64,000 nt of DNA from Amoebophrya sp. A120 (GCA_905178155.1 CAJINV010000003.1:7063612-7127611), one strand, 5' to 3'. Positions 1 through 11,657 are shown, counted from the stretch's first letter. Notes: generated by a model not told the origin, from the letters alone. Made by a program: numbers and translations.

Positions 1-3000
1 TCCGCGCATCACGTAGGTCAGGGCAACCTTGTAAGCCGCCTCTGCTTCTTTAAATCTGTTGTTTTTTATCCAAGGCGGGGGGCTCGGACACGCTCGCGCT
101 TTCTTCTGGTTGTGAGTTAACACGAAGTACTAGTAGTAGTAGAAGACATCGAGAGAAAAATAACATCAACAACTACATAATGAATAAACCCCGCACCTTG
201 CCTTGCCAAAGAGGCGATTAGCTTCTTCTTTTTTCGCCGTACTGAACTCGACGGCGGTCGTTGCGCGCGCGGCGGTACGTACAGCGACTTTGACATTTGG
301 CCGGGCGGCGGTTGTCTGTTAGTAGAAGATCACGGAAATATATTCGTATTCCCACAGTATATGATCGAAGCTACCGGATGCTTTGCGTACAAGTTCCGCT
401 TAACAAAATGCCAAAATATCAGTCAACCAAATCACACACATCGATTTTCTGGTCAGCACCACATCCAGAGGCAGAGCTTCTACATTCTCATGTTCTTTAG
501 ATGAAGACGAAACGGAAACTTCAGTACCCGCTTCTGTTGTACATACTCTTCCACGTTAAACTCCTTCGCCTGTTTTGGCTCTTCCAACTTTTCGATTTCC
601 TTTTCGACGTCATACTTGTTCCAGTTTTTGTAATATTGCGGGAGAGATGTAGTGTCGCGCGCGAGCTCCAAATTATCCTCGGATCTTTCGACTACGCCTT
701 TTGTAATCGACTCCGTAGTGGTTGAAGAGCTGGACAATTTGCAAATAATGTTGCTGAATAAAAGTGTGTCTCTGTCTGTGTCAGTGAAAAAATCTACGAC
801 CACAACGCCCTTCGATTCCAATTGTTGACCAGGGATCATCAAAAAGTGTAAAAAATGCAATGCTATTGAAGTGAAAGGTCAAAACAAAGGACAGAAGTAA
901 AGCAGGGCCCATCTATTGTTCTGATTTTTAGTTCTAGCACCTCCCTGGACAACAAGAACAAGGAGTGAGAGCAAGAAGATTTCTGTGAGAAGATTGTCGT
1001 GAAGAAGATTTCTTTCCTCTTCTTCAAAGAGATCTTCTTTTTGAAGGAGAAGATCTGCGTCTTCGTGAAGAAGATCTTCTTCCTCGTGAAAAAGATCTTC
1101 TTTTTGAACGACGGCGATCGTCTTCAAAAAGATCCTCTCGCTGAAGAAGAAGATCTTCCTCATTCTTCGTCGGGAAGGTCTTCTTCTTCGTGAAGAGGGT
1201 CTTCTTTTTGGAGAAGATCTTCTTCCGCTCGTGAAAGTGCATGGCGCGCTTGCTCTCCTGCGCAGGAGAGCAAGCGCGCCATGCGCTTTGTGGTCTGCAC
1301 GCAAAGCCGCAGCTTTGCGGCTTTTTGCTTCTTGTTGCTGATTTTCGTAGTGCCCACGGCTAGCGTCATGATTTCCAATCTTCCAGATCGCGACGCTTTT
1401 GCATTTCATACAGCCGGGAAGTGTTCGACTTCCACAAACCGGACTGGCGCGAAAAGCCGTCGAACTTGCGGCGCGATGAGTACTCAGCCGTGCCGAGGCA
1501 CTGGCCACGGCCGGAGAACTCCCCGCACTGGCGGCCAGAATGCGAACACTGGCACGCTGAGGAGTTGGCCAGGGAGCAGAAGCGGGCAAAAAAGTTCCTG
1601 GAGGAGGAGCACTGCTAAGGAGTTTTTTGAGGAAGGTTTTTTTTGTAACAGGATTGGCCTTGCTACAGGACTAGCAACAAGATTGCGCCAAAGTTGCGCT
1701 TTTTTGAAACAGGGCCGGCTTTTCTGAAAGACTTGCGACAAGACTTGCGACGAGATTGGATTTTTTTGGAAAAGACTGCCGCTGGCTGTGTTTGTATGGA
1801 GTTGGTTGCGCGCCAAAGAAAGCAAGAGAACCTGCCTGGCCGGTGGCTTAGACGGTGCCGCCGCGATCTGTTTCGCCGGCGGGCGACGGGCCTCGGTCCT
1901 GGTGTTCTTTTGTTTCGGCTGTGTTTCGTCAGAGAGTGTAAATCTCGGTCGGTCGGGTACACGTAGAATTTCGGTCGGGAGCTCTTCCATTAATTTATGT
2001 CGTACGTAGATAGGCTCTATCGTTTTCAGAGAATAGCTTTTCTCCTAAGGATTTCCACACCGCTGCAAGCCTATTCGGAGAGGGAAAAGGAGGGCAGCGC
2101 GACAGTATTAACGGCAATCCCGCGTGGAGTGGCGGCGTGGATTTGGTCTGTAACTCGAGGGAAGGGAAGCGAGGGAGGGCAGTTGGAGGGTGATCGTTCA
2201 CGCGCATGCATAGATAGAGTGTCCGTGGTAGTAGTCTTGCGGGTTTTGTCGGACCAGTTGCGATCTACATTAAGATGTATCCGCTTATCGCCCTCGCTCA
2301 TTTGGCTCTTTGTGGGTTGTGTGGTACTTTCGTCGTTCTCGGCCTTTTGCGGTGCGGCCTGCGATTGTGCACGCGGCGGAGCGCCGTAAGCGCGCGGGCA
2401 CTGCCAATGGGCCGGCCCGCCCCAGCGTCCCCTTTGCGGCAAAACCGAGCGCCGTTGCGCCTGCGGAGAGGGCCGCCACCGCCTCCAGCGCCGCCCCTTT
2501 TCGGTCGCGGAATTCTCGACGCCCCCGACGACCTTGGCTTCGAGTTTGACGCCTTTCACGCTTTGGCGCGGCCGCGCACGCCACCACGCTCGGCGACGCC
2601 GTCCCCCTCGTCGCGCGCGTCCTCCCCCCTTTCGCGTGGCTCCAGCACAGTCGACCCCAGCCCGGCTGTTTGACTTGGACGGGCGGGCCCGTCCTCATGT
2701 GTACTCGGACTGTTGTAGACAGACACTGGTCGACGCGTGGCGAGTGAAGTAGCCTCTGGAGTATTCATTGTTCAGGCATGTGAGAGGAGTTGCATTGGCC
2801 GGGCACCTAGCAGCCCCACGCGCGTAAGCAAGAGAGGAGGGCGAAGAGAGCGGCGCAGCTTTGGTCAGGCACCACTACGGGCGAACGTGCCAGCCTGGCC
2901 CTCGTATTTTCTTTGCAGTTTCCCGCCTTCTTTATCGTAGTGTCGCGCTTCTCCTAGAAGTTTCCCGCCTTGTTTATCGTAGTAGAGCAACCAGCGAGAT

Positions 3001-6000
3001 TTGTACAAGAAAAGACACCGGAAGGACAGATGTCAAGGGCCCGGCGGGACATGCTTATCGCCCGCGAGGCGGCCCGGCGCCGCCGGAGGGAGGCGATGTT
3101 GCGGCGCATCGCCTGCAATTTTAGTGCGGGGGCTTGCGCAGAGGTCCTACTGGGATGCGTGTTGGCCTGTCTCTCGTACCCGGCCGCGCTATTCTCGCCC
3201 AGTGCCTCAGCAGTGCTGCACGCGGCGGCCCTGATTCTTTTCGTCCTGGAAGGCCTGGCGCCGTTGGTGGTAAATCTTTCGCGGGCCCCAGCGCCCTCGC
3301 AGCTCCAGGGTTGCCCGAGCGGCTTCGTGATTCCGAACTGGGCGACGCAAAGCGGTTGTCTTTGGGAGGCGCTTCGCGACGCGCTTGACGCGACACCACG
3401 TTCACGAGCTGAGTCAGGGCAAGCACGGCGGGACCTACAGCGGAAGTGCTCGCCGTCCTCGTTGCGACACCGGGCCGGCGGAGTTCGCGGGGCTATGTCG
3501 ACGACGCCGATGCTCTACCGGGCAGCTGAGGTATGTTTGCGGGGGTTTTTTGCTTCGTGTGTTTTGGTGCTTAGGGTAGGAGTAGGCTTCTCGGTGGTTT
3601 CCTCCCCGGCCCTGCCCGGCGGCTTGTGTATTGCCTGACGCGTATTTATTTCCTCTGACGACACAAACAGGACCTCGGCCGTGTCATCTTGGTGCACGAT
3701 GTGGCCCGCGGGGTGGTTTGGTCAGTCGAGCCAACGCCGGCGGCAGCAGGCCGGGCGGGTGTTGGTCGTGTTGTGCCGCCTCTCTTTCTTCGGTTGGACC
3801 GCCTGCACTACACGGCCTACGCTTCCGCGGGGGCTTTTGCAGTATCCGCGGGCAAGGCTCCTCGCTCGTCCGCGCTCGCCGTCGCATTGTGTGGAGGCGC
3901 CGCTGAGGAGCTGATTGACGAAGTGGCTCAATTTTTCGCCAACTTTGAGAACCAGGTGGCGCCAAAGGACGACTTCGAGGATTTCCTTGCGGGGTTTGGA
4001 TTCGCGACGCAGGTAAGCTGTTGGGTGTGTGTATTGATTTGGCGTGTGTTTTGGCGCTTGGTTGCGTGCTTTTTTGGGGTGTCGCTTTTGTGGTTCCGAT
4101 TCATGTACCCGACGCGGCATGTGTCTACTTTGATCACAGGACCGGGTCCGGGATATCGTCGAGCGGCTTCTTGATGACGCCCAGCTGAACGACTATGACA
4201 CGCTCTTGGAGTATGTCGGGCGGCCTCCGCGACCCCGCGATCCCCAAGGCCCCGCGGGACCGGCCGGCGGGGCGCCAGCACAAGCAGCGGAAGCGGGTCC
4301 GCAGCCGGGAGGCGCAGCACCTGCGAACCCGGTCGGGCAAGCAGTCGCAGGTCAGGCGGCGGCAGCGCCAGTGAACCCGCAAGCAGGCGAGGCGCAGGCG
4401 GCGGCAGCGCCTGCGAACCCGCAAGCAGGCATGGCGCAGGCGGCGGCAGCGCCGGCGAACCCGGTCGGCGCGGCGCAAGACATCCGGGAGATCTCGCTGC
4501 CAACTTTGCGAACGGACCTTGAGGATTGGGCTGCGAACTTCGGGAGGGGCCCCCAAGAATCGGAATACGCCTTCATCGCTCGCCTCATGGTGCAGTATGT
4601 CGTGGATTGGGAACAGGGGCTACAGGAGAAGTTTTCAGAGTATCACTCCGCCGGGCTGATTTTCCTCCTCCTGCGCAAGTGGGCACTCATCGTCGACGGA
4701 CAGTGGTCTATTTGGGACGAGCAGTGGCAGGACTCCAGCGACATACAGATCAACTCCGTCATGCAGGCAGCCTGGGCGAGGGTCCGGGACGAGCTGGAAA
4801 ATAATCCACCGCCGGAGGGCTGCGCTTTCCTGTCAAAGCTAGACAACGCGATCCGGAACAAGCCGGCGCTAACCCTTAAAAAGGCAGCGCCGGTCTTCCA
4901 CACCGACCGGGCCTTCGACAGTTTCCCGCGCTTCTTCGCCCTGCGGAACTGTTGCTACGATGTCGCGCAGAGAACCTTCATCGCGAACGACCCCAGGCAC
5001 CTGCATCGTGTGGGAAAGCCCTTCCCTGCTCCATATTCCAAAGGGGCTGCAGCTTCTGCAGAATTGTGGCGGCCCGGGGTCTTTTGTACGCAGGCCGCCC
5101 GCCACGTATTTTCTTTGCGATATGGGGAGGGGGAGGGCGCTTCCATTTTGATAACCTTTGCAAGCGGTTTGCCGACGTATTGGTCCCACAAAATCTCCAC
5201 AACGACCCGAATTGGGCGGACAGGATTGCGACCGACCCCCAGACGGCGGAGGAACTGCGTGCGGTTCGGCAGTTCGTCGCCGGTCTCTTCGCGTTTGACG
5301 GCGGCGCGCGACACCGCTACGACGGGCCGGTAAGTAGCGACGAAAGCCACCGGGACTTGCTTCTCGACCACCTCGCGTCCGCCATCACGGGGGTGCCGCT
5401 TCACCGGTATCTGTATTGCTTTAGCCCCCGCGGGCGACAAGGGAAGGGGGTCATGCGCCGCCTCACCAAGGCAGCTTTCGGGACGTATTTCGTCCAGTGC
5501 AAGCCCAGCGTCTTCGCAGCCGATAAGCGAAGCGTGGAGGAGTGCAGTCCGTTCTTTTATGGTATTCTATTTGCTTAATGTTTTGGCTTTTGCCTACAGG
5601 AATGGGACTTGGGTAGCGCGCGCGGCGCGGTTTTTTTCGGACCTGTTGAGGAATCCATGGCGCACACGGAAAACCTGAAAAACAGCCTCCGCCGGAGCGC
5701 GCGTCATGTGGATGGACGAAGTGAGCAACGCCATCGAGTCGATGTGGGACGTGGCGCGATTTACCGGACTGGTATCCAGCGACCCCATCGTTGCGCGCCA
5801 GATCATGAGCATGAAGCAGCGCGAGGTGGTGCCCACGTGGCAGTTTATCGGGACAGGGAACAGCCAGCCTCTGTTCAACAAGTTCTGCCAGCAGCCTGTA
5901 AAGACGCGGTGGGGGACGGTAATTTTTGGGGCCTCCGCTTCTTTCTGCGGTCCCGTATCTGTTTTCGTGTCGTGTTTGTGTTTCTTTCGTTGCCGCTTGC

Positions 6001-9000
6001 CTGCGCGGCTTGCTTTTCAGTATTTCTAGTCATTCGAACGCCGTGAACTCGTCTAAAAACAGTGCTACTTCCCGAACCGGTATTGCGAGCCCGCAGAGCT
6101 GGCGAGGGCCGGCGGGTCGCCGCGTCGAAAGTTGGCGGACCCTTTGGTGGAAGAGAAGGCGGATGAGCTAGGGGGCGCGTTTATGTTGCTCCTTCTACAT
6201 CGCCACGCAACGACGCCGGTTTTCCAAAACGCCAGGAATCAGTCAGAGACGGGCGGCCATTGGCACCGGAAGTTCTTTCCTGAAGTCGTACGGGATTGGC
6301 TGCATGCATGGGTCCACTCGGTTCCGCCATTGTTCGGCAACCCAGGAAATGTCGGCAAACAGGACCGCATTGGTGCGCAGATTCTCTACGGCAAGCTAGC
6401 TGAATTCGTGGACACCGAGGGCCGGTATAGGTTTCCTCCTAGCTCCAGCCTGTTGCTTTCTCACCCTTTGCGCCCGATATTTCTTTGCTGGTGGGCCTTC
6501 GTTGTGTTTAGTTCCTGTCCTTCGAGAGTGCGGGAATGCTATGCATTCGGCTGCCTTTTTTTCGCAGGTACAACTGGGCCGCCTTCAACTTCGACCCGTT
6601 CGTTCGCCGTCCGGTATTATTCAAGGAGGAGGCGGAGAAGGCGCTCGGGACTCTGAAAATTATCCATGGCAATCGGAAGCACAACCTCCCCGGGCCCCTT
6701 CGTGATGAAGAGCTACCGGCACCGGGCGAGGAGGTCGTGGAGGACGATGTTCCCGCAGGTGGTCTAGGTGGTGACATTGACATGGATTTCTACGTCCCGG
6801 CACCCGGCGACCGGTTGAACCCGGACAGGGAGGACACCGACGACGAAATGGCGTGGGCGCGGGGAGAGGAGGACCCGTTGCTCGGGGGGATGCCGCCTCG
6901 CCGCGAGCCGCCGGATGCGTTCGCGCAGACGGCGGCGAAGCGTGCGAGGCGGTACGAGTACACGCCGCTGCGGACGGCTATGGGGCCCTCAGTTGTTACG
7001 CTCCCCGCTGCTCCGTGATATTTGAGTGCAAGAGTGGCAAAATTGAAAGGGGGGGATTGCGCCTGCTGCGTGACGGACTAACTTCGGACGCTCGTGCTGC
7101 TTGTCCATTTGGGAGCCTGTCACGCGAGGCAGCTCTGTCTTGTCGTTTTTGCTTGGGATTTTGCATGACAAATCGCGCAACAGTTCGGGGCGTAACACTT
7201 GCGAGCGCCATAGCGGAACACGTTAAGACCCGGGCCTGGTTCCGCTTGGCAAATTGTCCGAGAGTGCACGATATGAAGTGCGAAAATTTCTGGGCCTGGA
7301 AGATTCTCATGCAGGGCAGGCATCCATGATAGACATCCCGCAAGGTTTGCCATGCTCGGCGTTGCACTTCAGACCCCGCGGGTCATAGAAAACCTCCGCG
7401 ATATTTCTGACATCGATCCTTCCAGACCCCGTCACTTTTGCATTTGATACACAAATACCACCGGTTATGAAAACGAGAATCCTTGTCGCTGTCACTTCCG
7501 GCCGCCAGCTTCCTGCGACGGACTCACTTCGAGTCTTTCGCGAATTTTGGCACCGGGAGTGACAGCGACAGGAGGCGTCGCTTTCATATACGTGCTCTAT
7601 GTGCGGCGTCAGCGAGGTGGCGCACAACAGCACCACGCACAAGCACCTCTTCCGCTCCTGGCGGCTTCATGGCGACTGCCCGGCAGATCTGCGGGCCGAC
7701 TTGGCGAAGTTCAACAAAAAGGACGGCCAGCGCGATCCAAATTACAACTTCAGCGTGAAGGAGCTCTCCAAGGCCTTGCAGATTCAGCCATACCGATACA
7801 CGACGTCCGGCGGCAACGACATCTCCGCGAAGGTTTTGGCGGATAAAAAACCGAGCCTGCGCGCGGATGAGTCTTGGGGGCTTGGCGAAATCCTGCGGAA
7901 ATCGGACCAAGAGCTCCGGGAGCACTACTTCGCGGGCCCCGTCCTCTGTGCGGAAGCAGGGTGCAAGAGCGAGATGGCGCTCGGCGAGTCGCGGAAGCGT
8001 TGCCCGGCGTGGTCCTGCCCCAAGTGCGACAACTCGGCCCCGGTGAGCTTTTTCCGGACCGACCTGCAGCGAGCAACGACGAGCGTCATGACCTCCGTGC
8101 GACTGGTCCGGAGCTTCGTGCTGGGCGAGTCCGCCACCAAAGCCGCCTTCGACTTGGACATACAGTACAAGGTGGCGCAGGTATGAGGATGAGACGTCTT
8201 GCCATTGCCTGGCCCAAGCTGGGAGCAGCTGGCGTCGCTTCTCCGCCGCGCTTTGTGGGAGTTCGAGCACAGGCCGGGGAGCTCGCACAAAGTGCGAGGG
8301 CGATCGTGGGCAGCCGCTCTGTGCTTTGGGCCGACAGTGGCAAGGAGCCTCGTCTGCATAGCAGGACTTCTACGACGAAATCGCGCGCGCTTGCGCCTCC
8401 TTGTACCATCTCGCGGCCGTATCAGATTGAAACTCTTTGCCGCAGCCACAGGCGCGAAGCTTTGCCAGGCAGTCGCCTCGCCAAACTTCTCGGATGTGCC
8501 TGCGGCGCACAGTTTCGCATCCATATCCCGGCTACGTCGTCTACCCGGCCCGGCTCACCATGGAAGCGGATGAAGCCTGCTTCGGGCGCGCCACGGTTTC
8601 CGTACGTGGCGCGAAGGTTTTCAAGACCCGCATCTTCCAGGTGGTTCTCCAGCGAGGAAATCCGGCCTCGGCGAAAGTGTTCGACCTCGGGGTGGTGGAG
8701 TCCAGGGAGGTGAGCCGGTTCCCGGTGCTGAGGCAAGCCGTGTGGCGCTACGTCTACACGGCGCACGTCCGCCCCTCCTGGCTTGGCATCCTCCCCGAGA
8801 ACAGGAGCGAGGCCAGGATGTTCCTCAGCACCGACTCGGCGAACTGCTACAAGCTTGCGGAGGCGGAATACATTGTATAACTTAATCTCCACAGGCGCGG
8901 CCGGTACGCCCGGCGCGTCGTCGTTTTTGTGTTGATGATGTGCCGCATGACGCAGCACGATCTGAAAAAGCCCGGCCGGCGCGCCGTTTCATGCCATGAA

Positions 9001-11657
9001 TTTCGGAAACAAAAAACCACATCACAGCCACTAACGGTTGTCCACAGCCAAAAAGAATTCTGGGCGCGGATAAAGACTCCGGAGCTTCAGCTGGACCTCC
9101 CTACCGGCAAGCCGGCCGAGCTGGGAAACAATTCGGCCGAAAATGTTTGGTCCAATGTGCGGAAGCTCCTGAAGGTATCTTATTGCGAAGCTCGGCGGCC
9201 CGCGTGGCGGTGCCGCTTGTGTTTTTTCTTTGTCACTATCTCCATCCCTTTGCGTTTCCTCTCTCCGCGCCGTCTTCTTCTGATTCAGTCTGTGCGTACT
9301 TGAAAACAGGCCCGCTTCTCCACCATACGCAAGGACCTGCTGCTTGAGAAGCCGCATCTGGTTTTCGCGATGATGTTCCTCTTCACGTCGTCCCTGCCGG
9401 TGGATGGCCGCATCGCCGAGATTCTGCAGCAGCTGAACAGCGACCGCGCTGGCTGGCAATTCGGGCCGCACATCCCGCCCGAAGGCCTGGAGAGCGCCGA
9501 CGCGGACGGCCTGTCAGATGATGAGGACTACGAAGCCGGCGCGATTTTGACAAAGAATCTCGGTGGCATGTTCGACCTGGGTGATTTTTTCGCAGAATAG
9601 GAAAGCTGCCGAAGGCTTTCGCGCGATTTCTACTATTCTTTCGACTACAGGGCAACGTAGTCAACTCTCTCGGCACGTTTCAGCTCTTACGCATTGACTT
9701 GATTTCGAACGCAGCAAGCTCACTAGAACGAAACTTCTCCGACCCACCTTGTCAGATTTCGCTCGACAATCAAAGAAGCACGTGGGCGCTTCCGCTGTCG
9801 CGATTCATTTTAGCGACAGGGATCCATGAAAGCCGTCAGCTCGCAAATTCTCCCCGTGCTCGCCGCACGCATAGCGTGACAAATTCGCTGCACACCCATC
9901 GCCAGCGCTGTGCTCTTCGTGACATCACCAGCACGCCGCTGGCCATTCACAAGCAAAGGCGTAGACCTTTCCGAGCGCCATTTTTTTTTTCCGGTTCGCT
10001 TCTTCCAAAACACGGGGGGAAGGCTGTGGGGGGCGACGGGCTGCGGTGGTTCCAAGGGTTGTACAGGTGGGCGGGCGGAAGGAGGGTTGCGGATGGGCCG
10101 CGTTTAGCGCGACGCGCTATCGGGGCCGCCCTGTGGAAAAATCCGTCGCGCCATTGGGGGGCGCCCTCTGGTAAGCCTCGCGGCGCCATTGGGGGCTCCC
10201 TAGGTGTGGCAAAACCCGCCGGGCCATCAGGGGCGCCCTGTGGTAAAGTCCGCGGGCTTGGTTTGGTTGCGTGCGCCTCTGCTGTCGTATGTGTGTCTCT
10301 ATATATATGTATAGCACGCGCACCACTATGCGTGCTGCGTTTGCTTATAGACAGCATCCACGGCGTATATAGATGGACTAGATAGACAACCGCGCACACG
10401 CACAAGCAGACCAGCGGGGGGAGAAGGGTGGCCCAAGCGGGGGGAGAAGGGTGACCCAAGCGGGGGGAGAAGGGTGACGGTGGGTGGCGCTGGGTGGCGC
10501 TGGGTGGCGCTGGGTGGCGTTGGGTGGCGCTGGGTGGCTTTGTATGTCGGCATAATAGACCACAAACACACACAAGCAGATCAGCGGGGGGNGGGTGGCG
10601 GTGGGTGGCGGTGCTCTGTGTCTTTCTGGTATTTCGCATCGATATAATGCCAGGAGTATACGTCTCAGAGTAGATCTTCTCTCCAGTTCGCATATCTTTA
10701 TATGCGGGGGGGGGGGAGGATGGCGCGCACGCTTTTTCTTTTTTTTCAAAATCAAGAAACACACCGAGGATCCATTTCGCTGCAGTTCTTGCACAAGTAG
10801 CAAAAAAATGCAAATCACGATGGTGCTGCACCTATTTGCTCTCATACCAAGAACAAGAAGGCACATAAATCGATAAAATTAAAATCATCATGACACTACA
10901 GTGATTTTTTGTGTAATGCTGTACCTGCTGGTAGCCGACGCGTTTTTTGCATTGCCGCCCTTTAGTTCACTCGTTGTGCTTCGTTTCGACGTTCCAGCTG
11001 GCGGTAGCACTGTGCGACCCCGAACAGGCGGCGGTGCGCCTTGGCTCGGCTGAGTGCTCGGGGTCGACGATGCGCCAGATGCGCTGCTTGACCCCTTTTG
11101 CTTGTTGCGCGATTCGGGATTTTTCCGCAGGTAGTCAGTAGTATGCCATGTGAAGAACCTTTCCACTGATTGTTTCACTAGTCCCGCGATCAATAAACGT
11201 AGATATGCACCGGCATACAAATATACTCGCATCGTGTGCTATACAAACTGCCACTAGCGAGAGCCGGTGGTGGCCACTTTCATCACAACAGAGATATTCC
11301 GTCGGCCGCAATGTCGTTCGGCGATGCGGCAGCGGCTGAAAAAATCATGCACATTCGTTCTTGATGCAGCGCGTGCGTGAGCCCCGTCTCTGAAGAGAGC
11401 GACGAGAATTAGAGTTTTACGAGTTTGTGCACTATCTTATGATATTTGATGCGTTTCAGTTTCACTTCGGGCGGGAACATCATTAAGTCGCAGGGGAAGT
11501 GCTCTTTCTCGAGTTGATATCGAGCTTTCTCCTCCTTGGCCATCGACTCAGACCAATGATAGATGTCATCCATGAAGTTTTGCATGCTCTTGGCATTGTC
11601 GCGGATCTGCTTCTGCACCATGAAGGTGGGATTGCTGGCCGGACCGGATGCCGCCAT
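1..11657 (-). CDS. RPAP3: RPAP3/Spag-like TPR co-chaperone, multi-exon, 3' end runs off the window
   Basis: Exon from 11657 (VQKQIRDNAKSMQNFMDDIYHWSESM) resembles the RPAP3 N-terminal coiled coil. Exon ~11135-10925 has the PPVRG motif. Exon 729-~528 has YYKNWNKYDVEKEIEKLE (RPAP3 'YxxWxKxDVD'). Exons 237-197 and <57 give a TPR start (KKEEANRLFGKAR/FKEAEAAYKVAL). The intron 1 junction was not resolved. Confidence 0.8.
240..526. mobile_element. Introner-like intron in the RPAP3-like gene with 7-bp perfect TIR
   Basis: Begins TACTGAA (240) and ends TTCAGTA (526). It separates the coding segments QQKR and AKKEE; the flanking repeat is degenerate. Confidence 0.55.
975..1225. repeat. Left subterminal array of palindromic GAAGATCTTC-like motifs
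   Basis: About a dozen variants (exact copies at 1070, 1149, 1213) with ~14-25 bp spacing, starting immediately inside the TIR. Confidence 0.85.
3030..7018 (+). CDS. D5-like (D5_N + superfamily 3) helicase, multi-exon
   Basis: D5_N motifs GQWSIWDEQW and FFALRNCCYDV. Walker A GRQGKG (5432-5449), Walker B MWMDE (5706-5720), DPIVAR, motif C GTGN (5850-5861), and KTRWGT|CYFPNRY followed by DPLVEEK. In-frame GT-AG introns at 3531-3670, 4013-4139, 5919-6062 and 6431-6567. Junctions near 5000-5160 and 5540-5685, and the start codon, are uncertain. Confidence 0.85.
4313..4468 (+). repeat. 42-bp coding tandem repeat (QAAAAPANPQAGxA, about 3.5 copies) in the helicase linker
   Basis: Visible in both the DNA and the translation of ORF 4206-5333. 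Confidence 0.85.
7599..9600 (+). CDS. IS1595/Merlin-family DDE transposase, multi-exon
   Basis: Zn ribbon CAEAGC...CPKC, HTH SATKAAFDLDIQYKVAQ, EADEACFG (D at 8569), TDSANCY (D at 8833), TVVHSQKEF and NNSAENVWS (E at 9139). In-frame GT-AG introns at 8181-8228, 8875-9027 and 9175-9309. The junction at ~8270-8510 is unresolved, and the true start may be upstream of 7599 (CSMC precedes it). Confidence 0.85.
10397..10612. repeat. Right subterminal G-rich arrays
   Basis: GCGGGGGGAGAAGGGTG three times at ~21-bp period, then GGGTGGCGCT about six times, and a partial duplicate at 10569-10612. Confidence 0.9.

Larger units (their letters stand above)
963..10847 (+). mobile_element. Composite DNA transposon: IS1595/Merlin-like transposase plus D5-like SF3 helicase
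   Basis: Perfect 10-bp TSD CAAGAACAAG at 953-962 and 10848-10857. TIRs GAGTGAGAGCAA (963-974) and TTGCTCTCATAC (10836-10847) match at 10/12, with the inner 9 bp perfect. The interior is visibly GC-richer than the flanks and has two spliced plus-strand genes. Confidence 0.85.
730..10924 (-). other. 10,195-nt GT-AG intron of the RPAP3-like gene that contains the transposon
   Basis: Donor CAG|GTAC at 10924 and acceptor TCCAG|C at 730. The join AG+C = Ser keeps the frame (NASATS-S-SSTTTES). Confidence 0.8.

Noticed and set aside
963-974. Mutator (MULE) call from the 10-bp TSD and G-start
   Set aside because: The protein motifs are IS1595/Merlin-type, not MULE-type.
879-1589. ORFs over the left repeat array
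   Set aside because: The translations (EEDLL.., RRSS..) simply reflect the DNA repeat.
7599-9600. This transposase as the mobiliser of the introners
   Set aside because: End signatures differ: G...C termini with a 10-bp TSD versus TA...TA termini with a 5-bp TSD.
963-10847. Polinton/Maverick, virophage or Helitron assignment
   Set aside because: No pPolB, RVE integrase, capsid, packaging ATPase or HUH motifs were recognised. The TIRs are short, the TSD is 10 bp, and the helicase is SF3 rather than PIF1.
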